DNA of 64,000 nucleotides from Acholeplasmataceae bacterium (GCA_041654835.1 JBAZCQ010000002.1:74476-138475); one strand, 5' to 3'; shown: positions 40,940 through 49,234, numbered from the stretch's first letter. The notes: generated by a model from the sequence alone, not told the origin. Translations and numbers: made by a program.

Positions 40940-42434
40940 CTTGAATAACCCCCTCCTTTTTCGATTTTAACTTAAAAAATAGTCCTAATAATTGTAATGT
41001 GATCATCGGTGCCATTGCGACAAGCGCAATCATTCCTAAACCATCCATAATAAGATCGGCATCAGCAATCGCACTGGCTGCTCCTTGTGTAAAGGCTAAA
41101 ATAAAGGTCGTCGTCATCGGTCCTGTCGCAACGCCTCCCGAGTCAAAGGCAATCCCAACAAAGATTTTTGGAACGAAATACATTAAAGATACTGCGATGA
41201 TATAGCCAGGTAGTAAAATATGCCATATTTGTAAGGATGGAATAAAGACTTTTAAAACAGAGATGCCAACGGCTAAACCAACACCAAGACCTAAAGCAAA
41301 CAAAACGGACTTTCTTGAAATCGAACCACTTGTAACATCTTCCACTTGGTGGGTTAAAATGTAAACTGAAGGTTCTGCAAGGACCGTTACTAAGCCTAAA
41401 ATAAAGGCGACAATGACAGGAACAAATTTATAAGGTAATGCTGCCAATCCTTTGCCTAATGCTGAACCAACTTCCATAAAACCAGCGTTGACACCTGTTA
41501 AAAAGAGAAAAACACCGACAAAAGTATAAATAAACCCTAAAATATACGTTCGAATATTTCTGCGGTGAAGCTTAAATGAAAAGTGATTGAAAATAATAAA
41601 GATAACAATTAAAGGAACAATAATAATGAGTGATTGTAAAAGAATTTGCGGCATCACTTGAAAAAAAGGCTTAAAGACAGATGTATCGCCGCTAATATCA
41701 ATTTCTAAGGATGAGTGGTAGTCATTACCACGCATGAAAAGACCAGTGATTAAGAGCGCTAAGACAGAGCCTGTTGAAACCATTGCCAGCGTCCCAAAAC
41801 TATCCTCTTCTGACTCAATCCCGTCTTTACTTAAACGAGAAAAACCGATCGATAACGCTAAAATAAATGGGAGTGATAATATTCCTGTTGCTGAACCAGA
41901 CGCATCAAAAGCTAAAATTAAAAATTCTGGTTGCGTGAAAATCGCGACAACTAAAATAATGCCATACAATCCCGTTAGTAAAAAATGTAAAGGAATTCTA
42001 AGCGCTGTTCGTACAAAAGCAATCGCTAATAAAACAGCCATGCCAACAGCAACAACTAAAACCAAACCAATCGCAGAAATGTCGCCTTTTGTCACTCGAT
42101 CGATTTGAATACCATAAATATGTAACCCTGGTTCAGCCATGACAATAATAAAACCTAAAACCAAACCAATTAAAATGACAAACCACATTTTATTAGAGCG
42201 AACGGTTGTTTCACCAACTTCACTACCCAAAGGTGTAACTGCTTTATCGATTCCTAATAAAAAAAGTGTTAACCCAATGGTAATAAAAACAGCACCAATG
42301 GTAAACCTTAACATTCCGCGCCAACCAATAATATCAGGATAGATAAGATTTAAAATGAAAACGAGTAAAACAATGGGAACGATTGAAAAAAGTAATTCTT
42401 TAAGTTTTGCTGTTAGTTCATTCATTATTATCAT
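40929..42434 (-). CDS. DUF1538-family polytopic membrane protein
   Basis: 501 aa with about 12-14 TM segments and an internally duplicated layout. The family is named from memory of the conserved DUF1538 plus PII-like pairing. Confidence 0.65.
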   Translation of the reverse strand: MIIMNELTAKLKELLFSIVPIVLLVFILNLIYPDIIGWRGMLRFTIGAVFITIGLTLFLLGIDKAVTPLGSEVGETTVRSNKMWFVILIGLVLGFIIVMAEPGLHIYGIQIDRVTKGDISAIGLVLVVAVGMAVLLAIAFVRTALRIPLHFLLTGLYGIILVVAIFTQPEFLILAFDASGSATGILSLPFILALSIGFSRLSKDGIESEEDSFGTLAMVSTGSVLALLITGLFMRGNDYHSSLEIDISGDTSVFKPFFQVMPQILLQSLIIIVPLIVIFIIFNHFSFKLHRRNIRTYILGFIYTFVGVFLFLTGVNAGFMEVGSALGKGLAALPYKFVPVIVAFILGLVTVLAEPSVYILTHQVEDVTSGSISRKSVLFALGLGVGLAVGISVLKVFIPSLQIWHILLPGYIIAVSLMYFVPKIFVGIAFDSGGVATGPMTTTFILAFTQGAASAIADADLIMDGLGMIALVAMAPMITLQLLGLFFKLKSKKEGVIQDGK

Positions 42435-42518
42435 CTCCTTTTATTCGTTGAAGCACCTATTTATTATAACATTTTTTTATCAATCTGTAACCCCTTTACT
42501 GAAAAAAAGAAAAAGCGA

Positions 42519-43523
42519 TTACTCGCTTATTTCCATTTCTATCATCACTTTTTTCGCAATTTCATCATAAATGACTGCGGCTGTTTCTTTATTTTTAAAA
42601 ATGTAGCTTCCATCTTGAGGTTGACCAATAGGAATTTGGCCAAAGACTTCAACTCCTAGTTTTTTAGCGACATCTTCGCCGCCGCCTTCGCCAAAGATGT
42701 ATTCTCTTTTTTGATTACAAGTATTAAAGTAATAACTCATATTTTCAACAACACCAATGACTTCATGACCGATGTTTTGAGCACCAATACCTGCTTTCAC
42801 TGCAATTGAACTTGCATTTTTATGCGGCGTCGTTACAACTAACACCTTACTTTTTGGAACATATGCCTTCACATCTAAAGCAACGTCACCAGTTCCTGGA
42901 GGTAAGTCAATCAAAATAATATCAATCTTATCTTGCCAGGCAACACCTGAGAAAAAATGAACAAGCATTTTTCCTAACATTGGCCCTCGCCACATCAATG
43001 GTTTTTCAGGTGGCATGAAAAATTCAGTCGAAATAACATCAATACCATCTTTGTTTAACGGTATCATCCGTTCATCTTTGGTTGAAGAAAGTGGTCTTAC
43101 TTCAAGCTGCATCACATTAGGAATGCTTGGGCCGTAGACATCCGCATCAATAATACCGACAATCAAGCCTTGGCGTGCTAATGCAGCTGCTAAGTTTCCT
43201 GTCACACTTGATTTGCCGACGCCGCCTTTCCCTGAGGCAACAGCTAAATATTTTACAGCCTTCTCACCTTCGGGAACAAATTCAGAGTCGAAAAAATCTA
43301 TTTTTATTCCGGGAAATTGAAGTTCAACTTTCACCAGTTTAATAATCTCAATTTTTACTTGTTGTTCGTGCGTTCGTTTATCTTTTAAATAAATTTCTAG
43401 TTCTGTAACCCCGGTAGGACCAACAACTAATTTTTTTATTCCCCCAACTTCTCCTAAAGGCTTATCAAACCCTGGATCCACAATCGCTTCAATTCGTTTT
43501 CTTAATTCATCGTACGAAACCAT
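42519..43523 (-). CDS. Mrp/NBP35 (ApbC) family Fe-S cluster carrier ATPase
   Basis: An N-terminal DUF59-like domain is present. The deviant Walker A is SGKGGVGKSS, and a CNQ motif region follows. Confidence 0.9.
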   Translation of the reverse strand: MVSYDELRKRIEAIVDPGFDKPLGEVGGIKKLVVGPTGVTELEIYLKDKRTHEQQVKIEIIKLVKVELQFPGIKIDFFDSEFVPEGEKAVKYLAVASGKGGVGKSSVTGNLAAALARQGLIVGIIDADVYGPSIPNVMQLEVRPLSSTKDERMIPLNKDGIDVISTEFFMPPEKPLMWRGPMLGKMLVHFFSGVAWQDKIDIILIDLPPGTGDVALDVKAYVPKSKVLVVTTPHKNASSIAVKAGIGAQNIGHEVIGVVENMSYYFNTCNQKREYIFGEGGGEDVAKKLGVEVFGQIPIGQPQDGSYIFKNKETAAVIYDEIAKKVMIEMEISE

Positions 43524-43701
43524 TTATCTTTTCGCGCTCGTCTTTACATCAACGACGCTCTCCTTTCATCGTTCCTTTTATAAAAGCTCAATACCTTACA
43601 TATTATAACAAAAATCCCCCTTTTTAAAAACGAAAATGATATGAAGATGATAAATTATTCATAAATAGGCTATAATAAACATAAGGCAAAGGAGACCATC
43701 G

Positions 43702-44136
43702 ATGATCTTTGAGTTTTATAAACCAATTACTGGCAAATATGAAGACATTTCGGCAGCCCCCGACAACGTTTTTCAACAAAAACTTGTTGGGTCTGGTTTT
43801 GTTGTCAATCCGACAAAGAAACGTTTTCTCTCGCCCATTTATGGTAAAATAACGATGATCTACCCAACCCATCATGTGATGGTTATCCATCATGAGAATT
43901 TTGATTTGATGATTCACGTGGGGTTTACTGATGTTTTAAGAGATCATCATTATTTCACTTATCATGTGACTGTAGGTGATGTGGTTTCACCTGGTGATCC
44001 TTTGTTTGATTTAAACTTTGACTTTTACAAGTATCATCCCCATGATTATTTAACTGCTTTGGTCTTTGTTCAAAAGCCACAATTAGAAATCATTGAAACC
44101 ACCGATCAACTCTTTCATTTAAAATTGCCGCTATAA
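43702..44136 (+). CDS. crr: PTS EIIA(Glc)-family protein
   Basis: 144 aa. It aligns with E. coli IIA-Glc. Both active-site histidines are retained (PTHHVMVI and LMIHVGFTDV versus TNHAFSI and LFVHFGIDTV). AAGGAGA RBS is present. Confidence 0.8.
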   Translation: MIFEFYKPITGKYEDISAAPDNVFQQKLVGSGFVVNPTKKRFLSPIYGKITMIYPTHHVMVIHHENFDLMIHVGFTDVLRDHHYFTYHVTVGDVVSPGDPLFDLNFDFYKYHPHDYLTALVFVQKPQLEIIETTDQLFHLKLPL

Positions 44137-44149
44137 AGGATGTGAATTC

Positions 44150-45868
44150 ATGTTAAAAGGTGTTACTGCCAGTCAAGGCTATGCCATCGGAACTGTTTTA
44201 AAACTTGATCAACAAGTGATCGATAGTAGCCGTAAAAAAGTGTATAGCATTGCCAATGAAATTAAAGCGCTCCACCGTGCAATTAAAAAAACGGTCCAAC
44301 AAATTAAACAACTCCAAACACTTAGTCAAGATAAATTCGATTTTGAAACATCTTCTATTTTTGATGCACACATGATGATTGCTCAAGATCCTGAAATGAT
44401 TAAACTAGTGGAAGACAAAATTGCTAGTGAACATTGTAATCTTGTTTTCGCAATTAGAGAAGTGATGAATCAAGTGACTGATGGTTTTAAAGATTTTGAA
44501 GATGACTATATGCGTCAACGCGTCTCTGACTTGCTCGAAGTCAGTGATAAAATCATTAAAAATCATTTAGGAATTAAGCAAATTAATTTAAGTAAAATTA
44601 AGGACAAAGTGATTTTAGTTGCTCATGAATTTAGTGCTTCAGATACAGCGATGATTAATCCTGATATGATCTTAGGAATGATTTCAGAAGTTGGTGGAAA
44701 AAATGCTCATAGCGCCATTATCGCACGGATGCTCGGCATCCCTGCATTGGTTGGTGTGAAACAAGCTTTAACCAAACTAAAAGATGACGACAAAATTATT
44801 TTAGATGCGTCTGGCGGCAAAGTCCTCCGTAAATTTGATGACGAAATTGAAAAAGAATACGAACATAAAATTACCGATTTTATTTTAGAAAGACATAAAC
44901 TTGAATCTTTAATCGATGTTGAACCAATGACCGCAGACCACCGCTTCATTGAGCTCAATGTCAACATAGGTTCTTATCAAGATGCCCTTCAGGCAAAAAA
45001 AATCAACCCTTATGGTATTGGTCTTTATCGAACTGAAATCTTGTTTTTTGACCGCTTTGAACTACCTGGTGAAGAAGAGCAATTGAAAGAATACAAACGT
45101 GTCTTAGAAGAATATAATCCTCTACCAGTAACAATTCGGACACTTGATATTGGTGGCGATAAACCACTTCCGTACGTCAAACATCAAAAAGAAGCCAACC
45201 CTGCTTTAGGTGACCGGGGCATCCGCTTTTCTTTGTTACATTTAGATGTCTTTAGAACCCAAATAAAAGCGTTGTTAAGAGCCAGTGCCTATGGTCATTT
45301 AAAAATGATGTTACCGATGGTATCAACACAACACGAATTTTTAACTTTAAAAGAAAGCATCCTTGAGATACATCAAGAACTGGTTGATCAGAAGATTCCT
45401 GTAGGTACGTATGAACTTGGGGTTATGATTGAAGTTCCTTCTGCTGTTATGATCGCTGATGAACTTGGTGCAGTTGTCGATTTCTTCTCAATTGGAACAA
45501 ACGACCTCATTCAATATACGTTTGCGGCAGACCGCTTAAATGCCAATCTAGAATATTTAAACCAACCGTTTCACCCTTCCATCTTAAGACTTATTCATAT
45601 GGTTACTGAAGCTGCTAAAAAGCATCAAATTAAAACTGCGGTGTGCGGCGAAATGGCTTCTGATCCAAAAGCAGCTCTCTTATTAATTGGTTTAGGTGTT
45701 GATGAACTCTCGATGAGTTCACCTGCACTTCTCGCAGTAAAAGATCAACTATTAAAATATAATTACAGTGACTTAAAACAATTATCCGCTCTTTGTTTAA
45801 AATGTAGCAGTGAAACCGAAGTCATTGAACAAATCAATCATTTTATGGAAACCCAACAAGCCGATTAA
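44150..45868 (+). CDS. ptsI: Phosphoenolpyruvate-protein phosphotransferase (PTS Enzyme I)
   Basis: 572 aa. The phosphohistidine region GGKNAHSAIIARMLGIPALVG, the PEP-binding regions LGIGLYRTE-like and IGTNDLIQY, and the catalytic Cys region AVCGEMA are present. Confidence 0.96.
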   Translation: MLKGVTASQGYAIGTVLKLDQQVIDSSRKKVYSIANEIKALHRAIKKTVQQIKQLQTLSQDKFDFETSSIFDAHMMIAQDPEMIKLVEDKIASEHCNLVFAIREVMNQVTDGFKDFEDDYMRQRVSDLLEVSDKIIKNHLGIKQINLSKIKDKVILVAHEFSASDTAMINPDMILGMISEVGGKNAHSAIIARMLGIPALVGVKQALTKLKDDDKIILDASGGKVLRKFDDEIEKEYEHKITDFILERHKLESLIDVEPMTADHRFIELNVNIGSYQDALQAKKINPYGIGLYRTEILFFDRFELPGEEEQLKEYKRVLEEYNPLPVTIRTLDIGGDKPLPYVKHQKEANPALGDRGIRFSLLHLDVFRTQIKALLRASAYGHLKMMLPMVSTQHEFLTLKESILEIHQELVDQKIPVGTYELGVMIEVPSAVMIADELGAVVDFFSIGTNDLIQYTFAADRLNANLEYLNQPFHPSILRLIHMVTEAAKKHQIKTAVCGEMASDPKAALLLIGLGVDELSMSSPALLAVKDQLLKYNYSDLKQLSALCLKCSSETEVIEQINHFMETQQAD

Positions 45869-45889
45869 AAAACAAATCGTAACAAGATT

Positions 45890-45920
45890 AAACGAGTCGG
45901 TTAAAGTATCGCGCTCGTTT
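45890..45920 (+). terminator. Possible weak terminator after ptsI
   Basis: AAACGAG ... CTCGTTT forms a 7-bp stem with a 17-nt loop. There is no clear U-run beyond the stem. Confidence 0.35.
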
Positions 45921-46163
45921 CTATAATCGATCAAATACATAACAATTATACGAATATAGAAATATTACGTCCAATTGTTTCGGTATTAACAAACTTGCAG
46001 TAGTCTGATACGTTAAGTATTGGACTTTTTATATTGTTTTAATCAAAAATTGTTAAAACTAACAAAGAATAGTGTTGATGAATTTGATAAAAAACTTCAG
46101 TTTAAATTTATGACAGAACAGCAACAAAAGCAAACCATTATATTTGATACTTGTAGAATACAT

Positions 46164-46192
46164 TTGACTTACATTAAATATGTTGTTATAAT
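46164..46192 (+). promoter_or_regulatory. Near-consensus sigma-A promoter of the peptide-maturation cassette
   Basis: TTGACT (46164-46169), a 17-nt spacer, and TGt-TATAAT (extended -10; hexamer at 46187-46192). Confidence 0.7.
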
Positions 46193-46234
46193 TAACAAGA
46201 AAGGAGAGGGTAGTCTTTCTACTCAACATAGCTG

Positions 46235-47854
46235 ATGAAACTAAAAATATTAAAAAAGTCAAAGGCATTGAAGTGCATGGTTGTTCTATTATTTACAATA
46301 AGTATTTTACTGTTTGTTATTATGGGTTTGTTTTCTTTATTTCAAGGGAGACTAATTGATTCGATATCAGAATCAAGGGAGGACTTTTTAAAAAATATTT
46401 TATATCTTGGGATTATCATTGTTATTAGTTCTTTATTATACTATTTTATGAACAAGTTGACTATGAAAGTTGCAGTTAAGGGTTCTTTTTTAATTAGAGA
46501 CGATGTATTTCAAAATGTCATTAACAAAGACTATCTGGACTTCACAAAGAAAAATAAAAGCGAATATTCGTCGCTTCTTTTAAATGATGTAAGACAGTTA
46601 GAATCAAACTACTTAAATCCAATGCTAATGTTAGCAGGTGGTATAACCTCAGTTGTTGTATCCACTGTACTTATGATATATTCTAATTTTGTTCTTGGAT
46701 TAATAATCATCGGTATAACGATTGTTTTGTTTTTCTTGCCATTATTTGTATCTGGGATCATGATGAGATTGCAAAGAGAATATTCAGACCAAGTTTCCCA
46801 GTATACTTCTACAATCAACAATCTTTTTGATAATTACTTAACAACAGCAACCAAAGGAATCACCGGTTATGTGATAAAAAGATATCAGAAAACCAATTTA
46901 AACCTATTTAAATCTCATCAACAATTGGGTAACAAAAAATCTTTGGTAGAAACAATAGGTCAAATTAGTCATTTTTTGATAACTGCAATCGCTGTGATTG
47001 TATCTGCGATTTTTGTTTTTGATAACAAAATTTCAATTGGTGATCTAACGGTTTTTGTAGCATTAACGGGGACGTTCACTTCAAGCTTATCACTTATTTT
47101 TCAAATTGTTCCAGTTGTAAAAAGCATGTCTCCAATTATTGAAAAAATTAATTTTTTTTCGGAAGTAAAAGCAAATGAGACAAATCAATTATTCACCATA
47201 GAAAGCGCCATCCACAGCATTAAAGCCGATAGATTATCATTAAATATAGGTAATAAAAATGTCCTTAATGAGATAAGTTTCGATATTAATCATGGTGATA
47301 AGGTTATTTTTACCGGTCCAAATGGAGGAGGGAAAACAATGTTATCTTACATTATTATGGGATTATTAAGAGATTATAGTGGCAGCATAAAAATTAACAA
47401 TCAAGAATTAAATTATATAAAACAAGAATCCTTATCGAAAACAATCAGCTATATACAACAAAATCCCATACTATTTGACGGATCAATAAAGGATAACCTC
47501 ACGCTTGATAACTCAATTTCAAACGACGTCTTATTACAAACAATTAATTTTGTTGGATTGACTGAGTGGTTTTCAAACCAACATGACGGATTAGATAGTA
47601 TTATAAATAATGATAATATAAAAATGTCAGGTGGGGAAAAGCAAAGGCTTTTTATCGCTAGATCAATCTTAGAAAATAAAGACATAATTATTTTAGATGA
47701 ACCGGATAGCGCTGTAGATATTATCGGAAGACAATGGCTAATGGATTTTATAACTAAAACAGATAAAACAATCATCATGATATCTCATAATATTAAAGTA
47801 TACGATTTAAATATTTTCAACAAAAGTTTTTTTGTTGGTGAGGAGATTTTATGA
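46235..47854 (+). CDS. ABC exporter, fused permease/ATPase (no peptidase domain)
   Basis: 539 aa. The N-terminal six-TM type-I exporter domain starts at about residue 15. Walker A is GPNGGGKT, the signature is MSGGEKQR and Walker B is IIILDEPD. The start codon choice is uncertain (weak RBS; alternative ATG at 46277). Confidence 0.88.
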   Translation: MKLKILKKSKALKCMVVLLFTISILLFVIMGLFSLFQGRLIDSISESREDFLKNILYLGIIIVISSLLYYFMNKLTMKVAVKGSFLIRDDVFQNVINKDYLDFTKKNKSEYSSLLLNDVRQLESNYLNPMLMLAGGITSVVVSTVLMIYSNFVLGLIIIGITIVLFFLPLFVSGIMMRLQREYSDQVSQYTSTINNLFDNYLTTATKGITGYVIKRYQKTNLNLFKSHQQLGNKKSLVETIGQISHFLITAIAVIVSAIFVFDNKISIGDLTVFVALTGTFTSSLSLIFQIVPVVKSMSPIIEKINFFSEVKANETNQLFTIESAIHSIKADRLSLNIGNKNVLNEISFDINHGDKVIFTGPNGGGKTMLSYIIMGLLRDYSGSIKINNQELNYIKQESLSKTISYIQQNPILFDGSIKDNLTLDNSISNDVLLQTINFVGLTEWFSNQHDGLDSIINNDNIKMSGGEKQRLFIARSILENKDIIILDEPDSAVDIIGRQWLMDFITKTDKTIIMISHNIKVYDLNIFNKSFFVGEEIL

Positions 47855-49065
47855 AATACAAATTTTGTAAAAATATACGATGTGAAAAAGTAAAAAATGA
47901 ATATATTGTAGGTGATATTTTTACTGGGACAATTATAACGCTTACTAAAGATGGTGAAAAACTCATTAAACACATACAGAAAAACAAAGATATTAATGAC
48001 ATCGAGTTTCTTAGTAATGAACAACAGGAGCTATTTTCATTTTTGTTATCTAACAATTTCATTATAGAAAAAAACAAAGAAGAGAAACAAATTAATTACT
48101 TAAGAACTGTATATTTGCACGTTAATAATGTTTGTAATTTTTCTTGTCATGGGTGTTATTCTGGTTCGTTGAGAAGTGGGGCATTTAGATTTATATCAAA
48201 TGAAGAAACCAAAATTTTGGGGGAACAACTGGTTTCGAAGGGATGTAAACAGGTTATTGTTTCTGGGGGAGAGCCAATGATGTCAACAAATATATATGAT
48301 GTAGTGAAAACTCTTAAGGAAGAAGGAATATCATTTATAAGCTTAATCTCAAATGGGTTTGAAAATACAGACAAATACCTTAGCATGTATGACTATGTTG
48401 ACAACATATCTTTTTCATTAGATGGATATAGTGATACAAGCAGCACTATAAGGCCAAAAAGCACAGTTAGAAAAATAAAGGGATTGGTAAAAAAGCTTCA
48501 TGATTATGAGAAAAATGTCTCATTGATTATTACTATACATCATTTCAATCTAAGAGACATTGATTTGTTTATAGAGATGGTGGATAATTTGAGGGTTAAT
48601 TTTAATTTTAGTGTTTATCTATCGTTTGATGATAATGACCCTTTTAGATTAACAAAAGAAGATTTTTATTTCTTAAACGATTGGATAGACAAACATTCTA
48701 TGCATAAATACTTTGAAGAATCAAATTTGGCATATAAAGAAACTTGCGGCCTTGCTAAACATATTTGTTCTATTGATCAAAATCTCGATGTTTACCCTTG
48801 TCACATGATGATGAGAGAAGAATATAAACTAGGAAGTCTAAAAAAAGATAGATTACATAGCATTTTATCGAAACCAGAAACAATCCGTTTGCAAACGAAC
48901 TTCGTGTTTAAGAATGAAGAGTGCAAGATGTGCGAAGTAAAACACTTTTGTGGTGGAGGGTGCATTGCAAGATCTATAAGCGAAGAAAAAAATAAAAATA
49001 CTGTAGATCCATTGTGCAAATCGTATAAATGTCAAATATCATCGTATCTTGAATCCATCTTTTAA
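47851..49065 (+). CDS. Radical SAM / SPASM-domain peptide-modifying enzyme with N-terminal RRE-like extension
   Basis: 404 aa. CNFSCHGC (CX3CX2C; C95/C99/C102) follows an N-terminal extension of about 90 aa. The C-terminus has C299, C306, C317, CKMCEVKHFCGGGC (C358/361/367/371), C389 and C394, which is a SPASM pattern. The ATG overlaps the exporter stop (ATGA). Confidence 0.9.
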   Translation: MKYKFCKNIRCEKVKNEYIVGDIFTGTIITLTKDGEKLIKHIQKNKDINDIEFLSNEQQELFSFLLSNNFIIEKNKEEKQINYLRTVYLHVNNVCNFSCHGCYSGSLRSGAFRFISNEETKILGEQLVSKGCKQVIVSGGEPMMSTNIYDVVKTLKEEGISFISLISNGFENTDKYLSMYDYVDNISFSLDGYSDTSSTIRPKSTVRKIKGLVKKLHDYEKNVSLIITIHHFNLRDIDLFIEMVDNLRVNFNFSVYLSFDDNDPFRLTKEDFYFLNDWIDKHSMHKYFEESNLAYKETCGLAKHICSIDQNLDVYPCHMMMREEYKLGSLKKDRLHSILSKPETIRLQTNFVFKNEECKMCEVKHFCGGGCIARSISEEKNKNTVDPLCKSYKCQISSYLESIF

Positions 49066-49108
49066 GTATTTGTTGTGGTTCTAAAATTTTATAGAAGGGA
49101 GAAAAAAC

Positions 49109-49183
49109 ATGAAAAAAGCAATTGTTACACCTAATGGATGGTGTTTTGGAATTGGTCCATTTTGGATTGGCAAAATCACATAA
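49109..49183 (+). CDS. Putative precursor peptide, 24 aa: MKKAIVTPNGWCFGIGPFWIGKIT
   Basis: It is not in the ORF track, being far shorter than any ORF the track lists. GAAGGGAG (49094-49101) lies 7 nt upstream of the ATG at 49109, and the TAA is at 49181-49183. It lies 43 nt downstream of, and co-directional with, the rSAM/SPASM gene, and a stable hairpin follows. Confidence 0.7.
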   Translation: MKKAIVTPNGWCFGIGPFWIGKIT

Positions 49184-49196
49184 TCTTAAATGGTAG

Positions 49197-49234
49197 CAAA
49201 AGCGGATCTTCTGAATCAAGAGGGTCTGCTTTTG
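49197..49234 (+). terminator. Stable hairpin downstream of the peptide ORF (terminator/attenuator or mRNA stabiliser)
   Basis: CAAAAGCGGATC (49197-49208) pairs with GGTCTGCTTTTG (49223-49234). This gives 12 bp including two G-U pairs, with a 14-nt loop. There is no extended U-run beyond the UUUU inside the 3' arm. Confidence 0.4.

Noticed and set aside
43624-43917. 97-aa minus-strand ORF overlapping the start of the EIIA gene.
   Set aside because: It is antisense to a well-supported crr-like CDS that has a clear RBS. It resembles no family and has no translation signals.
46201-46210. AAGGAGAGGG considered as the RBS of a hidden small gene upstream of the exporter.
   Set aside because: No ATG, GTG or TTG lies within a functional distance, and the next in-frame triplets include a TAG. 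It is kept only as an oddity in the promoter finding.
46020-46268. Track ORFs 46020-46235 (+) and 46059-46268 (-) in the leader region of the cassette, considered as alternative precursor genes.
   Set aside because: The plus ORF starts at a TTG with no SD and runs across the promoter elements. The minus ORF is antisense to the promoter and exporter start. Neither has an RBS.
47449-49219. Several minus-strand track ORFs antisense to the exporter and rSAM genes: 47449-47778, 47785-48077, 48156-48386 and 48801-49219.
   Set aside because: They are artefacts of very AT-rich coding sequence. The sense-strand genes carry unambiguous ABC and rSAM/SPASM motifs.
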